A stretch of DNA of 64,000 nt from Andalucia godoyi And28. Lineage: Eukaryota > Protista > Jakobida. Under the pieces are notes generated by a model that was given only the letters and a program-made list of their open reading frames with translations, had not been told where the DNA came from and made no database searches. The stretch spans positions 1 through 64,000 of the forward strand of contig VRVR01000059.1 of assembly GCA_009859145.1 (NCBI GenBank), given 5' to 3'. The translations under genes and the position numbers were made by a program. Positions 47,113-56,504 of the stretch are shown piece after piece (position 1 is the first letter of the stretch; each line of letters opens with the position of its first letter).

Positions 47113-50094
47113 ATGGACGTGGTGTCTTCGGAGCTGTGTTCGATTGCGTGTCCGGTGTGTCTGGACCCGCTGAATGCAACGGACAAGCGGCCGATAGTGT
47201 GCGCAAACTGCCGGTCGAATGTATGCGAGGGATGTTTTTTGTCGATGCAAACGAAGAGCATCACTACGAACGTTACGTGTCCGTTTTGCCGGGCTCTTTA
47301 TCCGTGCGGGCCGCTCCGCACGAACATTGGCATGCTGGATGCGCTGTCTCGGCTCAAGAGCGTAGAGGAAGGGGGGATGGAAGTGCGGCGAGAACACCTC
47401 GCTGTGTCGCTGCAGCGGAAATGCACATCCTGCGCAGATCTGACGTGGGAAGCGACGCTGCTGGGACAACCAGTGCTGTTCAGAGAACATCTGGGCTCCG
47501 CGAATGAACGCACGGTGGCGAGATTGCGTAGAGAAGCTGCGGTGCTGTGTGCGCTTGGAGGCTGTCCGTTGGTTCTGCGATGCTATGGGTACTGCGACCG
47601 AGGAAATGGCTCGTGCGGCCTCGTGATGCAGCACTATGCGACAGACCTGCAGACGGTACTTGACGATCCACGCGTCGTCATGTCAGGGGCAGAAATGGCG
47701 AGCATTGCAAGAAACATTGCTGTTGCATTGCAGTTTGTTCATGAGAAGGGAATGGTCCATGGAGACTTGAAGCCGTCGAATGTGTGCTTCGCGGAAGACG
47801 CATCCAGCTCAGCAGGGCTCGCGCATGCGCTCGTGGACGGACTTGGAGCAAATAGCAATGTCGCGCTTCTTGCGGCGCACGCTAGTTCGTTTGGGGCATT
47901 TGTCGCCCCGGAGTTGGTGTCGGGCACTCCGCTGCTCGTGCAGGCGCCAACAGCAGCTTCAGACATGTTTGCGTTTGGTGTTCTGCTCTGGATGATGATG
48001 TTCCGCGGATCCGAATTGTACGGAGACTTCCTGCACACTCCACCAGCCGTCATTGGCATGAGATACGTGCAGGGAATTTTCTTGCCATTTCCAGAGAACG
48101 CATCGCCACTTTTTGAACGGCTCTTTGTGCTCGACCCGTTTGCAAGGATGTCTGCTTCCGATGCCTTGTGCGTTCTGGATGCGCTGCCACCGTCATTCTG
48201 GAATTTTGCTGCCAATTCTCTCACTTCGAATGCGGGTAACAAATCTTCTACTACAGCCACTGGTGCTGCTGCTGCTACTGCTGCTACGACGACTACTACT
48301 ACTCCTCCTCCTCTTCATCATCATCACCATCATCATGGCGAGCGCGTGGGCCCGGTCTCAAACATCAGTCACAGGAGAGTTCATTCTATGCTGAGTTCCC
48401 CGACTTCTGGAGATCCTCTGGCGCCTCTTTCTGGTACCAGCACGAATACGAGAAGAACTGTCCGAGCTTCCTCGGCTGCTGCCTCGCGGTCCGACAATAT
48501 GAGTGCTGCATCGGTTGCGGCTGCGTCTTTGCGCGTGAGCAGCAGCATCGCAGCAGATCTCCGCGTGAATTCGCAGCACAACGTCATCATGTCGCAGATG
48601 GAGGATCGATTGTCCTCAATTACGAATCTGCAGCAACTCCGTAACATGTATCCAGGCCAGCCGTTCACGGAAATTTCTTCGTACCTCCCAGAAACCCACA
48701 TCACCCAGCTGGATCTTGCATCCAACAGAGTGGGCGTTGACGGGGCCCGTGCACTGTCTGCAGTGCTGCCGCACACTCAAATTACCCAGCTGAATCTATC
48801 ACTTTCAGGAATCGGAAAGGACGGGACCCGGGCGCTATCGGCTGTTCTGCCTCGTACACACATAACCCAACTCAACCTTTCGTGGGCTGGGATCGGCGCA
48901 GAGGGTGCCAGGGCTCTCTGTGCCGTGCTTCCGCAAACTCAAATCACGGAGCTGAATCTCGAGCGAAATGAAATCGGCCCGGAAGGAACCCAGATGCTTT
49001 GCTCTGTGCTTCCGCAGACCAACATTGTCCAGCTGAGTCTGTGGCTGAATAAGATCGGTTGCAAGGGTGTCCGTGCGCTGTCGGCGGTCTTGCCAGATAC
49101 AAGGATTACAGAGCTGAACTTGGAGTCCAATGAAATTGGCGGGGCCGGAGCCCTTGCTCTTTCCGCCGTGCTGCCGGCCACTCGCATCACAAAGCTTAAT
49201 TTGGAGCTGAACAAGATTGGAAGCCGGGGAACCAGGGCACTGTGTGCTGTCTTGCCCCAAACCCAGATGGTGTTGCTGAATCTTGGTTCTAACGGGATCG
49301 GCTATGACGGAAGCCGAGCTCTCTCCTCTGTTTTGCCGCAGACGCTGATCACCCAGATCAATTTAGAATGCAACAAGATCGGAGACGACGGTGCGCGTGC
49401 TCTCTCTGCCATTTTGCGACACACCCAGATCACATCTCTCAATCTCGGAAACAACGGCATCACTGAGGACGGCATTTCCTTTTTGGCTTCCGTCCTCTCT
49501 CAGACACACATAACGCACCTGAACTTGTGGCAGAACAGGATTGGATCCGAAGGACTTCGCAATTTGTCCAATGTGCTGTCCACTACACACATTGACCACC
49601 TGAACCTTGAATCCAATCGAATCGGCGATGCGGGCGTCGCAACTCTGTCTGCCGTTCTTCCGCAGACAAAGCTCGTTCATCTGAACTTGGAATCGAATAA
49701 CATTGGCGATGTTGGAGCTTTTGCCTTGTGCACTGTTCTCGCAGAGACGTCAGTGACCCATCTCAACCTTGAGAGCAACGTGATTGGAAGCGAAGGTGCG
49801 TGCAAACTTGCCGAGCTCCTTCCTCGATCGCGCATCACCGATCTCAATCTGCAGTCCAACAGAATCGGAGAAATCGGGATCCAGGCGCTCCGCGCATGCG
49901 CTCCACAAACTCGTCTCACGGTTCTTCGGCTGCGTTGGAACTATGACAACGCAAGCCGACGAACTATCTACCTCGGCCACAAAATCTCTGTATTGTTTCT
50001 CGTGGCTTCGCTCTGCATCTTGTACATTGTCATCTTGTTTGCAAACCGCGACCATTGGTTTGCTCCATCATCATTGGTGGTCCATGATTTGTAA
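47113..50094 (+). CDS. RING + kinase-like + RI-type LRR + C-terminal TM protein
   Basis: CPVC..C..C..C..C..CPFC RING; HGDLKPSN, APE and SDMFAFG kinase motifs; about 16 28-aa LRRs; hydrophobic C-terminus. Confidence 0.88.
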   Translation: MDVVSSELCSIACPVCLDPLNATDKRPIVCANCRSNVCEGCFLSMQTKSITTNVTCPFCRALYPCGPLRTNIGMLDALSRLKSVEEGGMEVRREHLAVSLQRKCTSCADLTWEATLLGQPVLFREHLGSANERTVARLRREAAVLCALGGCPLVLRCYGYCDRGNGSCGLVMQHYATDLQTVLDDPRVVMSGAEMASIARNIAVALQFVHEKGMVHGDLKPSNVCFAEDASSSAGLAHALVDGLGANSNVALLAAHASSFGAFVAPELVSGTPLLVQAPTAASDMFAFGVLLWMMMFRGSELYGDFLHTPPAVIGMRYVQGIFLPFPENASPLFERLFVLDPFARMSASDALCVLDALPPSFWNFAANSLTSNAGNKSSTTATGAAAATAATTTTTTPPPLHHHHHHHGERVGPVSNISHRRVHSMLSSPTSGDPLAPLSGTSTNTRRTVRASSAAASRSDNMSAASVAAASLRVSSSIAADLRVNSQHNVIMSQMEDRLSSITNLQQLRNMYPGQPFTEISSYLPETHITQLDLASNRVGVDGARALSAVLPHTQITQLNLSLSGIGKDGTRALSAVLPRTHITQLNLSWAGIGAEGARALCAVLPQTQITELNLERNEIGPEGTQMLCSVLPQTNIVQLSLWLNKIGCKGVRALSAVLPDTRITELNLESNEIGGAGALALSAVLPATRITKLNLELNKIGSRGTRALCAVLPQTQMVLLNLGSNGIGYDGSRALSSVLPQTLITQINLECNKIGDDGARALSAILRHTQITSLNLGNNGITEDGISFLASVLSQTHITHLNLWQNRIGSEGLRNLSNVLSTTHIDHLNLESNRIGDAGVATLSAVLPQTKLVHLNLESNNIGDVGAFALCTVLAETSVTHLNLESNVIGSEGACKLAELLPRSRITDLNLQSNRIGEIGIQALRACAPQTRLTVLRLRWNYDNASRRTIYLGHKISVLFLVASLCILYIVILFANRDHWFAPSSLVVHDL

Positions 50095-50343
50095 ACCAGA
50101 TATTTCTTTTGCATTTTGCCTTTCTCATGGTGTCTCCGAGTATCGTCCTCTCTCCACAGGCCGAGCCAATCACCAACCCGCACCGCCTTTTTGTTTTTGT
50201 TTTTTATTGTTATTTTATTTTTTTGGTATCTCCTGAGCACCGTTGAATAATAACACGTCATTGGCATGCATACGGAAGTATACATAAACAGACACGGTCG
50301 ATGCCGGCCGACACTAGCACGTTGCTGTGACACAGGAATTCGT

Positions 50344-50690
50344 GATACAGGGCCTCCTAGGTCCCGCAGACCTCCTAAGAGACCGCGTGTCACTACCCCT
50401 ACCGCATCTTCCTCTCGTATCTCCAGTTGCATCAATCGCTGCAACTGAGGACACGAAAGCGCCTGCTGCTAGGGCTGTCAGAATCAAAATGCACCCTTCT
50501 CAGGAACCACGTGCCACACTGAGAAAGTGGCTCACAGATTGATCGAGATTGGGGACGGAGCGCGGAGCATCTATCTGAAGAGCGCCGTGATGCGTGTTGG
50601 GGCCTATCCTCTTCCCGGCAACGGGATGCAAGATTGAATATGCATGTCTATTCGTAGACATGCAGCATGTTCAGTGTATAGTGTAGGCGT
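50344..50690 (+). mobile_element. internally deleted TnpB/Fanzor-derived non-autonomous element with omegaRNA-like right end, copy A
   Basis: Encodes RAVRIKMHPSQEPRATLRKW (OrfB HTH-like) joined to IDRDW-DGARSIYLK (RuvC-III-like), then a structured tail. Inverted homologue at 55738-56018. Confidence 0.75.
50581..50690 (+). ncRNA. candidate omegaRNA scaffold (copy A)
   Basis: Perfect 10-bp stem with TTCG loop (50641-50664). GCCTAT (50602-07) is complementary to terminal GTAGGC (50683-88). Stem differences from copy B are mostly G-U compatible. Confidence 0.55.
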
Positions 50691-50871
50691 TCGATTGACA
50701 TGTCGTCAGTCTGCCTCAGCAGAGGATATGGGAACGCCCGATTCTTTACGAAGCTATTTTAGTGGGGAAAAAAGACGAGGAGGGAAGAGGAAGGAATTAA
50801 CGTTCGAAAGGGAAAGAGAAAACGAGATACAAGCAAGGGCAGCGAAGCATATGAAGATCTCCAACCGCCCG

Positions 50872-50892
50872 CCCCCCCCCCCCCCCCCCCCC
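50872..50892. repeat. poly-C(21) tract just downstream of the DOC-cullin stop codon
   Basis: Read directly from the sequence. Confidence 0.85.
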
Positions 50893-50902
50893 GATGCAGA
50901 AA

Positions 50903-53900
50903 CTAGGGATCCGAAGACAGACGAAGCAAGCGAATACCACGTTGTGTTCCGGAATGACGGGCTTCGTTTTGCGATCGGGTGTCGAGTGCAAGGGAGATCT
51001 GGTCTCGTTCGGCGCTGATGGCGGTGGAATCGTCGATCGATTCAGCAGCACCCGGAGGCGCCGTGGGGCCAGAGCTGCTGCTGCTCATGCCGGCGACAGT
51101 AGAACGAAATGCAACGCGAATGGTCCCGCTGAAGTCAATGGAGCGGATCTGCCCGGCACCCTTTGATCCTTCATTCGAAACCGTCACCACATCTGCTCGA
51201 CGAAATACGGAGAATCCTCGAAGAATCAACGTAAGAACGGTCAGCACCGCTTCATCGACCTGCGAAAGGAAGTGGTACAGAATGACCGACAGCGAACTTT
51301 GGGAATGATTCAGCGGACGCCAGCGAGTGCATTCCAGTGCCGTCAGGACAACCGCAGTCGACAGCGACAGCTTCGTAATCGGCATTGAGGCGGATGAGTT
51401 CTGCTGCTCGGTCTGAGCGACTGCCGGTCCATGTTCCTTGACGACCACGGCGCGCAGAGCGTCAAAGAATGAGTTCAGCGGAACGGACAAGTCGAATATC
51501 AGCATTTGTAGAAAGTTAATTGTGACGGTATCCGGACGAACCTCCTGCTCCGAACCAACGAACCGGTCCCACAACGAGTCCACGTATGACCTCGTTTGGC
51601 TGGACAAGCAGTGCAAGATCTTCGTAGCCTCCTCAACGGCAGCGCGAGAATCCACGGGCTCATCACGAATGAAAACGCGTTCACCAAATGCAGCCGGACC
51701 ACGGCCGCGAGTTGCGTCGCCCGTGTTGGATTCGGCAGTTGCGGGCTCCATGTATTCGTCGGAATCAGAAGAGTCGTCGCCGGCTGGAGAGTAGTGGGGT
51801 GAGGCAGGAGAAACAGAAGCCGCAGGAGAGACGCCGAGTGCCAAGGAATCACGCCCAAATACTTTGGAGCCAGACGCAGATGGCGAGGATGCATAAAAGA
51901 ACGACGGTGCACCAGCGGTTGGTAAGACTACGCGATCCGTGCTGAATGAACGAACTGCGGATAGAATCCAGTGATAGACTTCCACAAGCGTCATTGACGC
52001 CTGCGGAACGGCCAGGTTCTTTTTCAACAAGGATAGCAACACGCTTCCTCGCAGGGAAGAAGAATTGTGCAAGCCTCCTGCATTTGCAAATGCATCGGAG
52101 GCGGACTCGTCGAAAAAAGGATCCTCCACCAGACAAATCACCTGGTCGCCGTCCACTTCGCATTGCATGCGAATCACAGCCTCAATCTCGTCGTTCGTGA
52201 GATCCAGCACGCCGATGCGGTCTTGCGTTGTCGTCTTGATTTGAGACACGAGAGTCGCAATGGAGATTCCACCGGAGCTCACCAGTTCGGCGTCAGTCCG
52301 CGCATGCTGATGCATCAAGTCGACCATCGTCTTTGTTAGTGTTTCCTGCCGCCGTTCCCAACTCTCCACAATGTCGAGCCAGCTATACGAGTCCACCCCA
52401 GTTTCCGGTTCTACGTTCCTGTTTGCGTTCGATTCCCTCCCAGATTTGGGGCTCCCTGATCGATTCGTTACTTCTTGCATGGACGATGCAAAATACCAGC
52501 GCATGTCGGACCACTTGGTAATCCGAGACTTGCTGTCGAACTCGCGAAACAGGACGTCATTGATGACCGATCGCAAGTCGGTGATCGAAGATACATGGCG
52601 TAGCAGCTCCGGACTAATGTCTCCTCTGTCCATCTTGTGAAGCAAGAACCCTCGATATTCCTGCAGCGCATTGGGAATATCTTTGATGCGCTCCAGCATT
52701 GCGTGAATCCGTTCTGAATTTCCAACACGCTTCAAAACATCCACCTCCCTTCCAACTGAAAAGCGAGACGGCGATCGCAAAAAATCACGAGCCAGGAAAC
52801 ATGCGTATATGTACTCAAACCCATTCGGCAATTCTAGCTGCTGCAGCAGTGCCAAGTCTTCTTCGTCCTTGCGCTTCTCCAAAATCTGCGCGACAAGTCG
52901 AAGCTGTTTTGCTTCGTCCAGACGCGAGAATGCACTCTGGAAGGCCTGCGGTACAAGTGATGACAGCGCAGGAGTGCAGATTCGAATACCGTTGGACACT
53001 GTGCGATACTTTGAGAACACGTCTACTCGCGAACTGACCAACACCGAAGCATCGTCCTTCATGGAGCGCATAAACGACGCAACCAGGAATGAGACGAATT
53101 CATTCAAGAGCACGTGGTCCAACTTCAAGCGCTTGAGCAAGAGTCGCAGATCTGCAAACTTTGGAGCGCAGAATTCCTGCAAGGTTTCGCAAGAGCAAAA
53201 TTCACGAACTTGCGCCAGAAGCTTGTCATTGTATGACCACTCTGACACCATAGCTGTTTCTGCAGTCTTCACAATCGTGTCCGAAATGGAACGCGAAAAC
53301 GTTAGCGGGGAGCAGCAGAATGCCGTGATCCACGCAAGCGCTCGTTCGATGGACTGAATAGAAATCGAAGATGACTGGAACAGCCTGTGCCAGAGGAACA
53401 TCCGGCGCTTGAACGGTTCAACGAGATACGTTACCGACAGAAAGGAAGACGAAAAGCGAAGGACTTTAACGAACCTCGAAAACAGGGCAATAACAGCGTC
53501 GCGGTTCAGGCCCTCTCGAGTGCATGCATGCCCGTGCGATGAGCCGGAAAGGTCAATGCAATGGATGGCATCGATCATCTGGTACAAGTCATCGGCAATC
53601 CGCTGCATGAAAGAAATGCACACTCGCTTCAGTTCTGTGACGTAAATTTCGCCTTGGTCAGCCCTATCCTTTGCTGCGCTTATCATTTGCGGAAGGGAGG
53701 CAAACCCGGGAGATGCTGGGTTCACGCTGGGCGATATGCTGGAAGATGCCTCAGGTGCATTGCTTGACGATGCACCAGTGCTGTTGCTGACGTTGGCCGA
53801 TCCAGCACCAATGGACCCGGATGCGGAAGCCTGTGCAGAGGAGCTTCCTGCTGCTGCTGCGCTGAATGGAGCAGACGTGGGCGGCAACTCGCGTTCCGTA

Positions 53901-55387
53901 AAGTCAGAAAACAGCAATCCACGATCATGCACTTCCACTTCGATGTTGTCTGCGTCGATGCGCAGCTTTCGTGCATTGCTTTCCAAAAGGGCAACGACTC
54001 GTTCCAGAAATTCGAATCTTGCATGCAGAGACCCGCCATCTGCGGAAAACGCCTGAAAGTACAGCCCAACGAGGGGCAAGAATCCGTCCAGAAGGTACAG
54101 CAGCACTTCAAACTCGCTCGCTTCCGCGAGAAAATCGTCGGATCTCGGCGGGTAGTAGCCGCGCAAGATCTTTTCAAACAGACGAAGAGACTCCACCGTG
54201 CGGAGAGAAAGAATTGAGAGCGAGCGAGCATCGCGAACGGAGAGGTTGGAGAGCAAGTCGACTGCAATCGCGCGCATTTCAGGAGTATCTGAATTCTGAA
54301 GCATGGCGACCAACGACGGCACAAGACCCGATTCCATGAGCAGCCCTGACGCTCTGTGGGGAATTCCTTCGAGATACACGTTCAGATTTCTCAAAACCGG
54401 CGCAACAGTCGGGGTGAAGGGGGTGTAGTTCTTGAGTAATCCAATGAGCGCAAGCGCAAAGTGCTCGCGTTGTCCCGACACTTCAGACCTGATCTCAGCC
54501 CACGGAGCGAGCATGGACTTGACCGCGATCTTGGAAGCCATCGAACCTGCGGACGGTCCCACAATCGACGCACTGCCCGCGGCAACGGTGTCATCCCCTG
54601 GAGCCGCCTGCTTCACCGCGTCTGGAACCGCATTGGCGGCAGCTTCGTTGGGAAGCACGGGGACGGGAACGACCGCTGACTTGACTTGCTGCTCCTTGAT
54701 GATGGAGTTCACATCGAATTGGTCCATACGGAGCCAAGCATGCACCACAGAGTCTCCTACAGGACACACAACATGTCGAAGGTCCGGGAAGTCTGGATCG
54801 CCCAGTACTTCCACACACTCGGAAACTGCAAACGAGCCTGGGCTGCACAGGTCTTCCGCAGAGAATGATGATCTCGGCGTGTAGATCCTCAGTTGCCGAA
54901 CCCGAGTGTTGATTCCAGAGGGAGTGAGCAAGATGCGAATGTCCTTGCACCGAACTGGCTTCTTGCGCAGGTCAATCGTTCCCCAGGCGAGATCGGGCGG
55001 CAGATCAGAGGACGGATTCGCTTTCCAGATTCTCTGGTACTTTTGCGCGCGTGTCTGATAGACGGTCTTCCATTCTTGTGAAGCGGACATGCGCACCTGG
55101 ATGCTGATTTCCTGAGGAACATACGAGGATTCCGAAGACTCTGCAACGCAGATTTGCACAATCGAGAGATTGATGGTCGTGGGGAACTCGGCAATGATGT
55201 GGTGTGGCTTGCTGGATGAGCTGGACTCCCAGACAGTTGCGTGATTCAGATCATGAAAAACGCTTTTCTTCAAAGACCCAGAAGAAACAGAGTACACCGG
55301 TGTGGAGCTGACGTCTTTCAGCATCGTCACGCGATCTGGAAGACACGAGGCTTCGAACACCGACTCCGGGCGTCTGATGCTCGACAT
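50903..55387 (-). CDS. APC10/DOC-domain + cullin-like repeat protein (CUL7/CUL9-like architecture)
   Basis: DOC: TVWESS..PHHI..ESSYVP.EI..INTRVRQLRIY. Cullin-like FEYIYACFLARDFL. ATG 55387. Confidence 0.65.
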   Translation of the reverse strand: MSSIRRPESVFEASCLPDRVTMLKDVSSTPVYSVSSGSLKKSVFHDLNHATVWESSSSSKPHHIIAEFPTTINLSIVQICVAESSESSYVPQEISIQVRMSASQEWKTVYQTRAQKYQRIWKANPSSDLPPDLAWGTIDLRKKPVRCKDIRILLTPSGINTRVRQLRIYTPRSSFSAEDLCSPGSFAVSECVEVLGDPDFPDLRHVVCPVGDSVVHAWLRMDQFDVNSIIKEQQVKSAVVPVPVLPNEAAANAVPDAVKQAAPGDDTVAAGSASIVGPSAGSMASKIAVKSMLAPWAEIRSEVSGQREHFALALIGLLKNYTPFTPTVAPVLRNLNVYLEGIPHRASGLLMESGLVPSLVAMLQNSDTPEMRAIAVDLLSNLSVRDARSLSILSLRTVESLRLFEKILRGYYPPRSDDFLAEASEFEVLLYLLDGFLPLVGLYFQAFSADGGSLHARFEFLERVVALLESNARKLRIDADNIEVEVHDRGLLFSDFTERELPPTSAPFSAAAAGSSSAQASASGSIGAGSANVSNSTGASSSNAPEASSSISPSVNPASPGFASLPQMISAAKDRADQGEIYVTELKRVCISFMQRIADDLYQMIDAIHCIDLSGSSHGHACTREGLNRDAVIALFSRFVKVLRFSSSFLSVTYLVEPFKRRMFLWHRLFQSSSISIQSIERALAWITAFCCSPLTFSRSISDTIVKTAETAMVSEWSYNDKLLAQVREFCSCETLQEFCAPKFADLRLLLKRLKLDHVLLNEFVSFLVASFMRSMKDDASVLVSSRVDVFSKYRTVSNGIRICTPALSSLVPQAFQSAFSRLDEAKQLRLVAQILEKRKDEEDLALLQQLELPNGFEYIYACFLARDFLRSPSRFSVGREVDVLKRVGNSERIHAMLERIKDIPNALQEYRGFLLHKMDRGDISPELLRHVSSITDLRSVINDVLFREFDSKSRITKWSDMRWYFASSMQEVTNRSGSPKSGRESNANRNVEPETGVDSYSWLDIVESWERRQETLTKTMVDLMHQHARTDAELVSSGGISIATLVSQIKTTTQDRIGVLDLTNDEIEAVIRMQCEVDGDQVICLVEDPFFDESASDAFANAGGLHNSSSLRGSVLLSLLKKNLAVPQASMTLVEVYHWILSAVRSFSTDRVVLPTAGAPSFFYASSPSASGSKVFGRDSLALGVSPAASVSPASPHYSPAGDDSSDSDEYMEPATAESNTGDATRGRGPAAFGERVFIRDEPVDSRAAVEEATKILHCLSSQTRSYVDSLWDRFVGSEQEVRPDTVTINFLQMLIFDLSVPLNSFFDALRAVVVKEHGPAVAQTEQQNSSASMPITKLSLSTAVVLTALECTRWRPLNHSQSSLSVILYHFLSQVDEAVLTVLTLILRGFSVFRRADVVTVSNEGSKGAGQIRSIDFSGTIRVAFRSTVAGMSSSSSGPTAPPGAAESIDDSTAISAERDQISLALDTRSQNEARHSGTQRGIRLLRLSSDP

Positions 55388-55737
55388 TTCTTTTTGGAGT
55401 TGGTGGGAAAGAAAAAAGAACAGCGTGTAAAATTCACGAAACGTTGCAAGGTTCTGACGCGAAAATGGATCTTCTCTTTGCGGATGATGACAACAGGGCA
55501 GAAAAGGGAGTGTGCGCTCTGTGGGTGTGGGTGTGCGTGTGTGTGGGTGTGTGTGGGGTGTGTATGGGGAGGCTCTGTTCATTATTTTGGAACATTCGAA
55601 TGCAAGTTCGAGTGTTTTGGCAGTTGCACTTCCACTCGGAGGGTTCTTCATGACGCCAAAGAAACGTACGAGCAGATCCTGTCCAAGAGACGAAGAAAAT
55701 GCACGACCACACACGCTCAAGGGGAGATTTTTGTGTC

Positions 55738-55845
55738 ACGCCTACATGATACCCTGAACATGCATATCTACGAACAGACATGCATATTCAGTCTTGCATC
55801 CTGTTGCCGGTAAGGGGACAGGCCCCAACACGCCTCACGGCGTTC
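55738..55845 (-). ncRNA. candidate omegaRNA scaffold (copy B)
   Basis: About 16-bp TTCG-capped hairpin; GCCTGT/GTAGGC pseudoknot-compatible pairing. Confidence 0.55.
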
Positions 55846-56018
55846 TTCAGATAGATGCTCCGCGCTCCGTTCCCAATCTCGATCAAATCGGTGAGCCACT
55901 TTCTCAGCGTGACACGTTGTTCCTGAGAAGGGTGCAGTTTGATTCTGACGGCCCTAGCAGCAGACATAGTGACACGTGGTCTCTTAGGAGGTCTGCGGGA
56001 CCTAGGAGGCCCTGTATC
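55738..56018 (-). mobile_element. internally deleted TnpB/Fanzor-derived non-autonomous element, copy B
   Basis: Translates RAVRIKLHPSQEQRVTLRKW...NGARSIYLK. Same deletion junction as copy A. Confidence 0.75.
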
Positions 56019-56504
56019 GAGCCGCGTAGGCGTAGGCGAATGCGAATGCGTCATCCCAGCGCACCCACGCCCATATTTGAATAAAAGAGTGAAACCAAAA
56101 AAAGTGATACCAACGAATGACAGAACAGATGGCTACGGATGCTGCGTTAAAGAGTGTCGAAAATGCGGAGCCTGTGTCACAGCTGAATTTTGGTCGAGCG
56201 TGCGTAAGCACGGATTCCCTGTGAAGCAAACGTGCTAGTGTCGGCCACTATTGATCGTGTCTGCTTATGCCTGACAATGACGTGTCATTATTCAACGGCG
56301 TTCGTAAAGGATGGAAGTTGGGAACCAGTCTGTTTTCCTCCCACCACAACCTTGGGCACCTTCCGACTTTCGTGGTCTCCTTCTCTGATGCTCTCTCTCT
56401 CTCTCTCTCTCTCTCCCCGTCACACACACACATACACACACATTCTTTCTTTCTTTCCAGTTCCAACAATTGTCGCAGATAAAGGACAAGTTCTTCTTTC
56501 GAGG

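Noticed and set aside
50325-50343. GTGACACA in the left flank of copy A matches the right flank of copy B
   Set aside because: Short partial match compatible with chance; not adjacent to the defined element end, so not a credible TSD or target.
56021-56040. ACGCCTAC near the left end of copy B is inverted-complementary to its right end (possible TIR)
   Set aside because: Absent at the equivalent position in copy A and part of a local (CGTAGG)n repeat.
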